From positions 2,727-66,726 of the forward strand of contig JBBIQR010000002.1 in NCBI GenBank assembly GCA_037442245.1: a DNA stretch of 64,000 nucleotides, written 5' to 3'. This document shows positions 49,001 through 57,595 of this stretch, in pieces. The notes below the pieces were generated by a model that saw only the letters and a program-made list of their open reading frames with translations, searched no databases and was not told where the DNA came from. Source of the stretch: Candidatus Solibacter sp. GTDB lineage: Bacteria > Acidobacteriota > Terriglobia > Bryobacterales > Bryobacteraceae. A program made the position numbers and the translations under genes. The number at the start of each line of letters is the position of its first letter. Position 1 is the stretch's first letter.

Positions 49001-49491
49001 GACAGAAGCTGCGTGAAATTTCGTCCATTCAGCGGCAGGTCCACCACCTGTTTGGCCGCGACCACGGCGCCCACCTCGGCGGTGGAGGCCTGCACCAGTT
49101 CGCCCGACGCCTCTACCGTGACGGTGTCCTGCACGGCGCCCACTTTGAGCGCGACGTCGAGTGTGGCCGTCTGGTTGACCGCGAGCGCGAATTGCGGAAT
49201 CTTGGTGGTCTGGAACCCCGGCGCGCTGGCCTGCAACGTATAGTTGCCGGGCGTGATGCTTAGGAACACATAGTTGCCGGCGTTGTTCGAGAGCGCTTGC
49301 CGCTCGACGGACGTATCCGTGTTGCGCAGCACTAAATTGACGTTGGGCACCACGCTGCCGCTGGCGTCGCGGACGACGCCGGTGACGGACGCGCTCGACA
49401 GTTGTGCCGAGGCCGGTATCGAGAAAATCCCAAGCGCGAGCGCGACCGCGACGAGGCTGCGCGCACCACTCGTGCCTGACAACAAGGTCAT
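46081..49491 (-). CDS. TonB-dependent outer-membrane receptor with N-terminal carboxypeptidase-regulatory-like domain
   Basis: Signal peptide. CarbopepD_reg-like module (GVVRDASGSVVPNVNLVLRNTDTSVERQALSNNAGNYVFLSITPGNYTLQASAPGF). Plug region (VVDLPLNGRNFTQLLSLSPGV). Long beta-barrel ending ...LQFGLKIIF. Confidence 0.9.
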   Translation of the reverse strand: MTLLSGTSGARSLVAVALALGIFSIPASAQLSSASVTGVVRDASGSVVPNVNLVLRNTDTSVERQALSNNAGNYVFLSITPGNYTLQASAPGFQTTKIPQFALAVNQTATLDVALKVGAVQDTVTVEASGELVQASTAEVGAVVAAKQVVDLPLNGRNFTQLLSLSPGVAPVSVSQNAGGFGNVASGTAFVFPSINGQTNRSNFFMTDGLNNQGAFSSTYAVPPIVDAIEEFKVNGHNDLAEFGGALGGIVNVATKSGTNELHGSAWEFLRNDAFNARSTFQNSVTPFRQNQYGIAAGGPVWIPKLYNGKNKTFFFAAYEGFQFSQAANSYLHLPSDQELSGDLSGQAQAFNPFSTRPDPNNPGGFLRDPFPGNQIPANLINTQLVSFVKQVRPQLFNVGIGNFNAEDNTPFLQHQNEFTTRIDQNLGSKDFFWFRYSALYYDTSGSGGLPVVTNTIKDNPGQNFGASWVHTFSPTLMLQAQFGRSHQETNSVTVYNGLNAGQTAGTLGFSPNFAGNFIGGANLMPSVGIAGYSTSIPGSGLSLNPNETNVHQWKANVSKTIGSHTLRWGGELNSSTFESLYNSASVSYAYQQTADPAHLNLNPGNSMASFLLNVPDSAGRRNVHETTRWGGVMGFYFQDSWKAAPRLTINLGLRYDRTFIPPYGRPDTVGQNGGIETGSIDFNSGNYILQQLPPPCSQRGHAPCIPGDGTLPAHVIVSPNGKIYHDTTTNWGPRIGLAYRVSETMAVRAGFGIYYDNWAAVTQTSQNYEGDWPDIGQQLANNLNVPIPGTATPVVTGLNPFAAGGGLFPAPTPFNQVQWYYDPYGKNPYSMQWNFGIAKELNPTTTVSIDYVGSGSRRLDVGGYYNVALTPGPGNPADRAPFPYIHPSYYDRTIGRGNYNSLQFQFNKRFAKGLAYQVSYTYSKSIDMGASGWYGVEGQSVEDPYNLGRDRSVSGFDLTQVLSANLVYELPFGKGKTFDTRNPVANALVGGWQINTITTARSGLPYNITVPGDLANTGNTGYLRANLVGNPTLSSPTAQEWFNTAAFAAPAQYTFGNLGRFAMRSSAVWNVDLSVFRQFAIREGKLVEFRAESFNTPNTVILGSPNGNVLDPNFGKIFGTATGPRSLQFGLKIIF

Positions 49492-49523
49492 ACATCCCCT
49501 CCCTTTAACGATAAAGTGGATCT

Positions 49524-49552
49524 ACCATATCATGCGCCCGAAAATGTGTCAA
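49524..49552 (-). promoter_or_regulatory. Sigma-70-like promoter for the TonB-receptor/TPR operon
   Basis: On the minus strand: TTGACA (plus-strand 49547-49552) - 17 nt - TATGGT (plus-strand 49524-49529). The -35 lies in the left arm of the inverted repeat at 49546-49574. Confidence 0.45.
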
Positions 49553-49567
49553 GGGCGTCGAAGCGCC

Positions 49568-49597
49568 TTGACACCGCTCCGTTGCCGGGAATATATT
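49568..49597 (+). promoter_or_regulatory. Sigma-70-like promoter for the cytochrome/FG-GAP operon
   Basis: TTGACA (49568-49573) - 18 nt - TATATT (49592-49597). The -35 lies in the right arm of the inverted repeat at 49546-49574. Confidence 0.5.
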
Positions 49598-49642
49598 GAC
49601 CCGGCAGGGCAGGCCACCGGCCGCCTCCCGCGGACCTCTCCC

Positions 49643-51301
49643 GTGAGAACGAAACCTCCAGCACGGATCGCGATTCCGCTTCTCTTTGTCTGCGCGATTT
49701 CCGCGAAGGACCCGGCCGGATACACAGGATCTGAGGCGTGCGCCGCCTGCCACCAGGAGATCTACCGCCAATACAAGCGCACGGGCATGGGGCGCTCGAT
49801 GAGGCCCGCCGCCGAAGCGCCGCTGGCGCGTGAAGTCACGGTGCACACCGAAGCGCTGCATCGCGATTGCCGGGTCTTCCGTCGCGGCGGCGACCTGTAT
49901 CAATCCGAGTCGCAGCCCGGCGTGTTCGAGAACGAAAACCGGCTGGTGTACGCGATCGGCTCGGGAGAGAACGGCATCAGCTTCGCCGTGCGCCGCGGCG
50001 ATTACCTGTTCCAGGCGCCGCTCTCCTATTACACCCGGACGCGCGCCTGGAACCTCTCCCCGGGCTACGAAGATTCGGCCGGCGGATTCAACCGTCCCAT
50101 CCAGGAAGCCTGCATCATCTGCCACGCCGGACGTCCGCGCGCAGTCGCGGGACGCGACGGACTCTATCTGGATCCCGCTTTTGCCGAGCTCGCCATCGGC
50201 TGTGAGAATTGTCACGGTCCCGGCGAGCGCCACATCGCCGCGGTGGAGCGCGGAGACGCGCCGCCGCACGATCCCGGCATCGTCAATCCGGCTCGCTTGC
50301 CGGCGCGCCTGGCCGAGGACATCTGCATGCGCTGCCATCAGGGCGGCGATGCGCGGGTGCTGCTGCCCGGCCGCGAGTACAACGACTTTCGCCCCGGCAT
50401 TCCGCTGCTAAGGACTGTCGCCATCTTCGCGCTGCCCTCGCTGCCGCCGTCCGGCGACCTGCTCCAGCATCACGAGGCCATGAAGCTGAGCCGGTGTTTT
50501 CGCGCAAGCGGCGGCAAACTGAGTTGCCTCACCTGTCACGACCCGCACCAACAACCGGATGCGGCCGCGGCTCCGGCATTCTTCCGTGCGCGCTGCCTGC
50601 GCTGCCACACGGAAAGCAGTTGCCGCGTACCGCTGGCGGAGCGCCGCGGAAATCCCGTCCCCGATAACTGCATCGCGTGCCACATGCCGCGGCGCGATGT
50701 CACGAACATCTCGCACTCGGCCCTGACCAACCACCGCATTCCGGCGAACCCGGCGATGACGCCGTCCGCGCCTGAGCGAAGAGAAGACCTGCCCGGTTTG
50801 ACTCTGCTCGATACCGCGGCCGGCGAGCCGCAACTGCCGCTGCTCACGCGGCTGAGCGCATACGGGGAACTGATGGACCGCGATCCCGCGCTACGCGGCC
50901 GCTACCTCGAGTTGCTCGCCGGGGCGGCGCGCACGGCGCCGGACGATCCCCTGGTCCTGGCCGCGCTCGGCCGCAAAGCGCTCGCCGAGGGAAGCACGGA
51001 CGCGATCCCCTACCTCACGCGCGCGGAGCAGCAGGGCGCGCCCGGCGCGTCGACTTACGTCGACCTCGCGCAGGCGCTGGCGCAGGCCGGACTCGTGGAC
51101 GAATCGGCCGCGGTCCTGGCCCGCGGCGAGCGCTTGTTTCCGTATGCCGCGACCCTGCGCAAACACCTGATCCTCGCCTACATCACGTTGAAATCGTACC
51201 CGCAGGCGAAGACCGCACTCGAGCGCTACGTGCGGGATTTTCCCGAAGACGCCTTCATGCGCGGATTGCTCGAGAAGGTGCGGACCGCCGCACCGCGTTG
51301 A
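49643..51301 (+). CDS. Heptaheme c-type cytochrome with C-terminal TPR-like domain
   Basis: Seven CxxCH motifs (CAACH, CIICH, CENCH, CMRCH, CLTCH, CLRCH, CIACH). Signal-like IAIPLLFVCAISA. C-terminal helical repeats. The GTG 49643 start was chosen to lie downstream of the predicted promoter and is uncertain. Confidence 0.8.
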   Translation: MRTKPPARIAIPLLFVCAISAKDPAGYTGSEACAACHQEIYRQYKRTGMGRSMRPAAEAPLAREVTVHTEALHRDCRVFRRGGDLYQSESQPGVFENENRLVYAIGSGENGISFAVRRGDYLFQAPLSYYTRTRAWNLSPGYEDSAGGFNRPIQEACIICHAGRPRAVAGRDGLYLDPAFAELAIGCENCHGPGERHIAAVERGDAPPHDPGIVNPARLPARLAEDICMRCHQGGDARVLLPGREYNDFRPGIPLLRTVAIFALPSLPPSGDLLQHHEAMKLSRCFRASGGKLSCLTCHDPHQQPDAAAAPAFFRARCLRCHTESSCRVPLAERRGNPVPDNCIACHMPRRDVTNISHSALTNHRIPANPAMTPSAPERREDLPGLTLLDTAAGEPQLPLLTRLSAYGELMDRDPALRGRYLELLAGAARTAPDDPLVLAALGRKALAEGSTDAIPYLTRAEQQGAPGASTYVDLAQALAQAGLVDESAAVLARGERLFPYAATLRKHLILAYITLKSYPQAKTALERYVRDFPEDAFMRGLLEKVRTAAPR

Positions 51302-51304
51302 CGC

Positions 51305-53116
51305 ATGAAGACCCGGCTCATCACGGTCGCGCTCTTCGCCACGCTGCTGGCCGCGCAGCAGATCGACACCTCGAATTTCTCTTCCGGCCGGACGGGCGCG
51401 TCGATGGCGGACCGCGCGGAATCGCCCGCTGAGCGCCGCGACTTTCTCGCAATCGCCGGCGCCGCCGATCCCGCGGAGACGCGCCGCCTGGCGGACGCCT
51501 TCGTGGCGCGCTATCCGCGCTCGTGGCTTTTGGCCGCGGCGTGGCAGATGGCCGCCGGGGCGAGCCTGGACCTGAAAGACTATCCGCGGGCGCTTGCCGC
51601 CGGCCGCTCCTCGCTCCGCCTGCTGCCGGAGAACCCGCTGTTGCTGGTAGCCGTGGCGGGAATCGAAGCGGCCGCGGGCGACAAAAGCCAATCCTTGCGC
51701 GATGCCGAAGACGCCCTGCTGTACCTTTCGGTATCGGCCGCACCCGCGGCCTTCGGCGCGAAGCAATGGGAGGAGGCGCGGGCGGATCTTCAGGCGGTTG
51801 CCCGCCGCCTGATCGCGCAAAGCGGCGCGCGCAGCGTTCCGCCGTGGGCCGCTCCGTCGCCGCCTTCGGACACCGGTCCGCGCCTGCACTACGCCGGCTC
51901 GGAGGCTTGCGCCGCCTGCCACCGGGCGGCGTACGATTCGTGGCGCGCGACCGGCATGGGCGCCATGCTCCGCCCGATCGCGGATACGGCGCCGCTGGCC
52001 GATTTCTCGCACGAAAGCGAGTTCACCGACCCCGTCTCGGGCGCGAAGGTCCGCACCGGCGGCGGCAGCCACCCCTACTTTGAGTTCTCCGCTCCCGCCG
52101 GCGTGCGCCGTTTTCCGGTCGCTTATACCATCGGCTCGAAGTGGCAGCAGGCCTACGCCATGCGGCTGCCCGACGGACGCATCTACGTCTTCCCGATCCA
52201 ATTCAACCTGCTCGAAAAGCGGTGGCTCAACTACTGGGCCACGCTGGATCCGCCCGGCAGCGAACGCACGCTGGTCGCGCGCTTTGCGGAACTCTCGCCC
52301 GCTACCAGCTACCAGCGCAATTGCGCCGTCTGCCACACCAGCCAGTTGCGCCTGCGCCGCCTGAGCGACACCACGTTTCAGGACGCGGTATTTCGCGAAC
52401 CGGGCATCGATTGCGAGATGTGCCACGGACCTTCGGCGAGCCACGCGGCGGCCATGCGCGCCGGTACAGACGGTTCCGCCGCCGCCGCCGCGCCGCCCTT
52501 CCGTTACGCGCGGCTCGATCACTGGCGCGCCACCATGATCTGCGGCCAGTGCCACCGGCAGTCGGCTCTGCGCGATCTGGGACCGAGCGGCGAGATGAAC
52601 TACTCGCCCGAACCGCCGTACTTTTCCTGGCTGCTGAGCCAGCCGCCGGCGGAATTCGGCACGCGCGCGTTCTATAAGGACGGCCGTTTTCGCGAGACCA
52701 CTTTTATCGGCGAAGCGTTTCTGCGCTCGGCGTGTTTCCGCCGCGGCACCGCGCAGTGCGCGAGTTGCCACAACCCGCATCCGGCCGGCGCGGGCGGGAA
52801 TCGCACCTCGCTCAAGTTCGCGGACCATCCCGACCAGATGTGCCTGCAGTGCCATAGCGCCTACATCCCGCGCATCGCGAGCCACACGCATCACGCCGCG
52901 AATTCGCCGGGCAGCCGCTGCATCGCGTGCCACATGCCGCCCATCATGAACAGCCTGCTGTTCCGCGCGGCGTCCCACCAGATCGAAATACCCAGTGCGG
53001 ACGCGACTCTGCGGTTCGGGCCGGAGGAGAGCCCGAACGCCTGTCTGCTCTGCCACAAGGACCGCGGCGCCGCATGGGCCGCGGACTCGCTGCGGCAGTG
53101 GGAGAAGGCGCCCTGA
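51305..53116 (+). CDS. Octaheme c-type cytochrome with N-terminal TPR-like domain
   Basis: Signal MKTRLITVALFATLLAAQ. Eight CxxCH motifs (CAACH, CAVCH, CEMCH, CGQCH, CASCH, CLQCH, CIACH, CLLCH). The heme domain is paralogous to the upstream gene (GSEACAACH..Y....TGMG). Confidence 0.85.
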   Translation: MKTRLITVALFATLLAAQQIDTSNFSSGRTGASMADRAESPAERRDFLAIAGAADPAETRRLADAFVARYPRSWLLAAAWQMAAGASLDLKDYPRALAAGRSSLRLLPENPLLLVAVAGIEAAAGDKSQSLRDAEDALLYLSVSAAPAAFGAKQWEEARADLQAVARRLIAQSGARSVPPWAAPSPPSDTGPRLHYAGSEACAACHRAAYDSWRATGMGAMLRPIADTAPLADFSHESEFTDPVSGAKVRTGGGSHPYFEFSAPAGVRRFPVAYTIGSKWQQAYAMRLPDGRIYVFPIQFNLLEKRWLNYWATLDPPGSERTLVARFAELSPATSYQRNCAVCHTSQLRLRRLSDTTFQDAVFREPGIDCEMCHGPSASHAAAMRAGTDGSAAAAAPPFRYARLDHWRATMICGQCHRQSALRDLGPSGEMNYSPEPPYFSWLLSQPPAEFGTRAFYKDGRFRETTFIGEAFLRSACFRRGTAQCASCHNPHPAGAGGNRTSLKFADHPDQMCLQCHSAYIPRIASHTHHAANSPGSRCIACHMPPIMNSLLFRAASHQIEIPSADATLRFGPEESPNACLLCHKDRGAAWAADSLRQWEKAP

Positions 53117-53150
53117 CGGGGCGGCGGTGGTACCCTGAAGGCCACTGGGA

Positions 53151-54884
53151 ATGTGGACTCGCCGGGAGATCATCGCGCTCCTCGCGCCCGCGGCGGCGTG
53201 GGGACAGGGAGTATCGTCGCGCAACGTGAAGCCGCAGCCCCGCGGCAAACCGTCGGGCCTGCCGTTCCACGCGCGCTTCACCGATGTCGCGGAACACGCC
53301 GGCCTGCGCGCCCCGCTGATCTACGGTCCGGCCGATCACAAGGACTACATCCTGGAAACGGTCGGCTGCGGCTGCGCCTTCATCGACTACGATAACGACG
53401 GTTGGCTCGACATCTTTCTGCTCAACGGCACACGCCGCGAAGGCGCGCCCGCGGGCGCCACCAACCGCCTTTACAAGAACAATCGCGACGGCACCTTCAC
53501 CGACGTCACGGAAAAGGCAGGGTTGCACCGCACCGGCTGGGCCTCGGCGGTATGCGTGGGCGACTACAACAACGACGGCTTCGACGACCTCTTCGTCACC
53601 TATTGGGGACAGAACGTTCTCTACCGCAACAATGGCGACGGCACCTTCACCGACGTGACCCGGCAAGCCGGGCTGCTGCACTCTGGAACCCGCTGGGGGT
53701 CGGGCTGCACCTTCATCGACTACAACCGCGACGGACTGCTCGACCTCTTCGTCGCCAACTACCTGGAGTTCGATTTCGAATCCGTGCCCAAGCCCGGCGA
53801 GAACGCCAACTGCAACTGGAAGGGCATCCCGGTGAATTGCGGGCCCCGTGGACTGACGCCCTCGGCGCCCGCCCTCTACCGCAACAACGGCGACGGCACG
53901 TTCACCGATGTGAGCGCCGCTTCCGGCGTGGCGCGCGCCAAGGGCAGCTACATGATGACCGCCGCCGCCGCGGACTTCGATAACGATGGCTGGCCCGATC
54001 TCTACGTGGCCTGCGACTCGACTCCGAGTTTCCTGCTACGCAACAACCGCGACGGCACGTTCACCGATATCGGCCTCGAGAGCGGTGTCGCGCTCAACGA
54101 GGACGGCATGGAACAGGCGGGCATGGGAGTCGGCGTCGGCGACTACGATCTCGACGGCAACCTCGACGTGCTCAAGACGCACTTCTCCGACGACACCTGC
54201 GTTCTGTATCACAACGACGGCAAGGGGAACTTCGAGGATCTCACCGTGCGCTCGGGCCTGGCGGTGGAGACGCGCTTCATCTCCTGGGGCGGCGGCATCT
54301 ACGACTTCGATAACGACGGCTGGCCCGACGTCCTCTGGGTCACCGGGAGCGTGTATCCGGAGATCGAAGCCAAGCTGCCCGCCTACCCCTTCCGGTCGCC
54401 GCGGGTTCTGTTCCGCAACCTCGGCGGCGGCCGTTTCGAGGAACTGATCGATCAGGGCGGCCCCGGCATTTCCACACCGCACGCGAGCCGCGGCTGCGCT
54501 TTCGGTGATTTCGACAACGACGGCGACATCGACGTGCTCATCATGAACCTCAATGAGCCGCCCTCGCTATTGCGCAACGATGTGACCGGCGGAGGAAACT
54601 GGCTCAAGGTGAAGCTGACGGGCACGAAATCGAACCGCGGCGCGGTTGGCGCGCGGGTCACCGCGGCTTACGGCGGCAAGGTGCAGGCGCAGGAAGTGCT
54701 CAGCCAGTCCAGCTTTTATTCCGCCAGCGACCAGCGGCTCCATTTTGGATTGGGCGCGGCCGCCACTGCCGACCTCGATATCCGCTGGCCTAACGGAAAT
54801 CGCGAGCGGATCGCCGCCGTTCCCGCCAACCGGTTCGTGGTGATCCGCGAAGGATCGGGCATCGTGAAATCGCAGGCGTGGTGA
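53151..54884 (+). CDS. FG-GAP repeat / ASPIC-UnbV domain protein (CRTAC1-like), paralog 3
   Basis: Tat/Sec-like MWTRREIIALLAPAAAWGQ. DYDNDGWxD FG-GAP loops repeated. UnbV_ASPIC C-terminus (NRGAVGARVT...SQSSFYSASD...FGLG...IRWPNG). Confidence 0.9.
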   Translation: MWTRREIIALLAPAAAWGQGVSSRNVKPQPRGKPSGLPFHARFTDVAEHAGLRAPLIYGPADHKDYILETVGCGCAFIDYDNDGWLDIFLLNGTRREGAPAGATNRLYKNNRDGTFTDVTEKAGLHRTGWASAVCVGDYNNDGFDDLFVTYWGQNVLYRNNGDGTFTDVTRQAGLLHSGTRWGSGCTFIDYNRDGLLDLFVANYLEFDFESVPKPGENANCNWKGIPVNCGPRGLTPSAPALYRNNGDGTFTDVSAASGVARAKGSYMMTAAAADFDNDGWPDLYVACDSTPSFLLRNNRDGTFTDIGLESGVALNEDGMEQAGMGVGVGDYDLDGNLDVLKTHFSDDTCVLYHNDGKGNFEDLTVRSGLAVETRFISWGGGIYDFDNDGWPDVLWVTGSVYPEIEAKLPAYPFRSPRVLFRNLGGGRFEELIDQGGPGISTPHASRGCAFGDFDNDGDIDVLIMNLNEPPSLLRNDVTGGGNWLKVKLTGTKSNRGAVGARVTAAYGGKVQAQEVLSQSSFYSASDQRLHFGLGAAATADLDIRWPNGNRERIAAVPANRFVVIREGSGIVKSQAW

Positions 54885-54895
54885 CCGCGCCGCTG

Positions 54896-55210
54896 CTACC
54901 CCGGCGCGATCTCCGTCAGCTCCAGCACAAGTTTCGCGCCGCACTGGCCGCAGACCACTTGCCCGTCCTCGGACTGGTACACCGTCGTGGCATGACACAA
55001 GGCGCATTCGGCCGTGGGCTCGGTCGAATCCGGCAGCGGGTCGGGCGGAACCACGCCGGTTACGAATCCACCCGCGGCTTTGGTTTCCGGCTCGAACGTG
55101 GCGCCGCAGTTGCCGCAGACATGGTTGAAGCAGCAGTTCGGCGTGCAACTGTAGAACACCTCGTCCGATCCGCACTGCGGACACTCGATCCGCAGTTTGC
55201 GCGTGGTCAT
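54896..55210 (-). CDS. Small Cys-rich double zinc-ribbon protein (104 aa)
   Basis: CPQCGS...CTPNCC...CGNCG and CALCH...CGQCG pairs. No signal peptide. The start overlaps the parvulin gene stop (ATGA at 55207-55210). Confidence 0.6.
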   Translation of the reverse strand: MTTRKLRIECPQCGSDEVFYSCTPNCCFNHVCGNCGATFEPETKAAGGFVTGVVPPDPLPDSTEPTAECALCHATTVYQSEDGQVVCGQCGAKLVLELTEIAPG

Positions 55211-56151
55211 GGCTTTTTCTGCGGCTCGGCCGGCGGCGCGGGAGGCGCGTAATACTCCGGATTCTTCACCACGGTAGTCTTGGAAACCAGATCGTCCACG
55301 AACTTCTTCGCGGCGTCGGCGCGGTAGCGCTCCTGCAATCGGGGCTTGAGTTCGGCGAAACTTTGGGTCTCCACGGATTGAAGCTGGATCACGTGATACC
55401 CGGTGGGCAGTCTCACGGGCTCGCTCAGTTCCCCCGGCTTCAACCGGCAGAGCGCTTCTTCAAACGAGGGCATGATCTGGCCGTGGCGCACCTGCCCGAT
55501 TTCGCCGCCCGCCACCGAGGTGGTGGCGTCGTCGCTCTGCTCGTGCGCCAGCGCCGCGAAATCCGCGCCCGTCGCCACCTGTGCGCGGATGTCGCGCGCC
55601 TTGGCGAGCGCTTCATCCTCGCTCAGATCGTTCTCCCCCGGCTTGATCGGCAGCGGCGAGCCTTTGAAACGCACCGCGATCGCGCGCGCCTTCCAGGTCG
55701 AGAATTCGCAGCGGTGATCGTCGTAATACTTGCGCAGCGCAACGTCGTCCCCCGGAATCTCGCCGGGCAGCAGGTTTCCGAGCATCTGCGCCAGAATGTG
55801 GCTCTGGCTGAACTGCGCCTGATCCTTGAACTCCTGTGTCTGGTCGAGTTTGCGTTTGCGCGCTTCCTCCGCCAGCACCAGGGTGCGCGCCACCGCTTCG
55901 GCGAACTGCTGTTTGCCCGGACCGCGCGCGAAGATCTGCTGGTTCATGGGATAAATCCCGATCATGTCGTCCAGTTCCTGGAACGTGATCCTGGTTTCGC
56001 CGACCTGAAGCACCACTGTATCCGGCGGAATCTTCTTCGAGTCGTCGGCCGAAAAGATTTTGAGCGGCACGGTTACGCCGCCGGCCGGCGGGTTCTGCTG
56101 GGACCACAGGCACACGCCAGAACACAGCAGGATGATGGGGAGAAATCTCAT
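55207..56151 (-). CDS. Secreted parvulin-type peptidyl-prolyl cis-trans isomerase (SurA/PpiC-like)
   Basis: ATG 56151 with signal MRFLPIILLCSGVCLWSQQ. Rotamase domain GGEIGQVRHGQIMPSFEEALCRLKPGELSEPVRLPTGYHVIQL. Confidence 0.85.
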   Translation of the reverse strand: MRFLPIILLCSGVCLWSQQNPPAGGVTVPLKIFSADDSKKIPPDTVVLQVGETRITFQELDDMIGIYPMNQQIFARGPGKQQFAEAVARTLVLAEEARKRKLDQTQEFKDQAQFSQSHILAQMLGNLLPGEIPGDDVALRKYYDDHRCEFSTWKARAIAVRFKGSPLPIKPGENDLSEDEALAKARDIRAQVATGADFAALAHEQSDDATTSVAGGEIGQVRHGQIMPSFEEALCRLKPGELSEPVRLPTGYHVIQLQSVETQSFAELKPRLQERYRADAAKKFVDDLVSKTTVVKNPEYYAPPAPPAEPQKKP

Positions 56152-56176
56152 TTCTCCATGATAACTTCCGCGCCGC

Positions 56177-57586
56177 CTAGCTCCACAGTTCGTTGACCGG
56201 TCCGTAGAGGTTCTGATCGCTGAAGGGGACGTACTCAAAGCCGCGGCCGAAGGGATCGTCGTAGGATACCGTGGTCCAGTTGATTCCCATCGCGGAGTAG
56301 ATGGTGGCCTCGATGTCCTCCACGTTCACGCTGCGATTGCGCGACCATCCCGGGTCCTGCGTCGCCGACCCGTCCGCCGTGGTCGAGCCGATGACTTTAC
56401 CGCCTTTGATCCCGGCGCCGGCGAAGACGGCCGATTGCTGCGGCCAATGGTCCCGACCGCCCGCCGCGGTCAGCGGCCCCACGGTGCGGCCGAATTCTCC
56501 CACCATCACCACCAGCGTCGAATCCAAAAGGCCGCTGCTCTTCAGGTCTCCGATCAACGCCGCGTACCCGGCATCGAGCTGCTTGCCCAGCGTGTACATA
56601 TTCGGTCCCTTGGGATTCGTCTGCCCGTAGATGTCCTGGTGAAAATCCCAGCTCCCGAAGGATATCTGGACGAAGCGCGTGCCCTGATTCGCCTGGAGCA
56701 CCTGCTTGGCCACCAGGCAGGCGTTGCCGAAGCCGCTCGAACCGTAGCGTGTGCTGTCGGTGGAGGCGAAACTGAACGCGCTTTTCACCACCGGGTTGTA
56801 CATCATGAGTTTCGCCTGCTCGTAGAACGCTTCGTAATCGTCCAGCGGCTTGCCGTAGGGCGAATCGATTCGCAGAGGATCGTCGAGCGCGTGCAGCCCC
56901 TGGTACATCTGCGCGAAGCGTCCACTGGATGCGCCGGTGGGATCGTTGGGATTGGTTGTGTTCGGCAGACCCGCGGTCGAGGGCGTCACTTTGAATGGCG
57001 CGTACTGCGCGGCGAAGTATCCGGCGCCGGCGCACGCGTTCGAGTTCAGCGCGAGAAACGCCGGGAACACGCTTCCGGCGGCGCCTTTTTCGCGCGCCAC
57101 CACGCTGCCGATGTTCGGCGCGACATTGCCCAGCACCGCCGCGGGGTTCCGTCCGATCTGCGCCCACCGCTGCGCCAGTGTGTGTACCAGGGCGTGCGCG
57201 GACATGGAGCGAATGATCGCCATGTCCGGCAACTGCTGCGCCATGTTGGGCAGCAGGCCCACCGGCCACGTGATGCCGTTGGCCGTCCCCGGCTGGAAGT
57301 CCGATGGCGTCACGCCGTTCACCACCTTCAGGTCGAACGAGTCGGTGTGGCTGATGGCGCCCGTCAGCAGGATGAAGATCACGTTCTTCGCCGTGTTGAT
57401 CGTCGTTACGCTACTCTGCGCCGCCGCCTGCTGCGCGCGCAGCATCGGGGCCAGAAACGAGCAGGTCAGCCCGGCGCCGGCCAGTTCGAAGAAGCCGCGG
57501 CGTGAAAGGTGCGGCCGCGCGACGAACGAGCGGTGGCGCTCCGGATACTCGCGGTACATGCGGTCCGCGCGTTGCTGTTCGGTCAT
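56177..57586 (-). CDS. DUF1501 (sulfatase-fold) protein with twin-arginine signal
   Basis: Tat motif SRRGFFELAGAG. Conserved VVMVGEFGRT...GRDHWP region typical of DUF1501. Confidence 0.85.
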   Translation of the reverse strand: MTEQQRADRMYREYPERHRSFVARPHLSRRGFFELAGAGLTCSFLAPMLRAQQAAAQSSVTTINTAKNVIFILLTGAISHTDSFDLKVVNGVTPSDFQPGTANGITWPVGLLPNMAQQLPDMAIIRSMSAHALVHTLAQRWAQIGRNPAAVLGNVAPNIGSVVAREKGAAGSVFPAFLALNSNACAGAGYFAAQYAPFKVTPSTAGLPNTTNPNDPTGASSGRFAQMYQGLHALDDPLRIDSPYGKPLDDYEAFYEQAKLMMYNPVVKSAFSFASTDSTRYGSSGFGNACLVAKQVLQANQGTRFVQISFGSWDFHQDIYGQTNPKGPNMYTLGKQLDAGYAALIGDLKSSGLLDSTLVVMVGEFGRTVGPLTAAGGRDHWPQQSAVFAGAGIKGGKVIGSTTADGSATQDPGWSRNRSVNVEDIEATIYSAMGINWTTVSYDDPFGRGFEYVPFSDQNLYGPVNELWS

Positions 57587-57595
57587 GGCATCCTC

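Noticed and set aside
54896-55210. CALCH in the small Cys-rich protein, considered as a heme-c attachment site.
   Set aside because: The protein has no signal peptide. The motif is one of several paired CxxC knuckles typical of zinc ribbons, so a cytoplasmic Zn-binding role is more likely.
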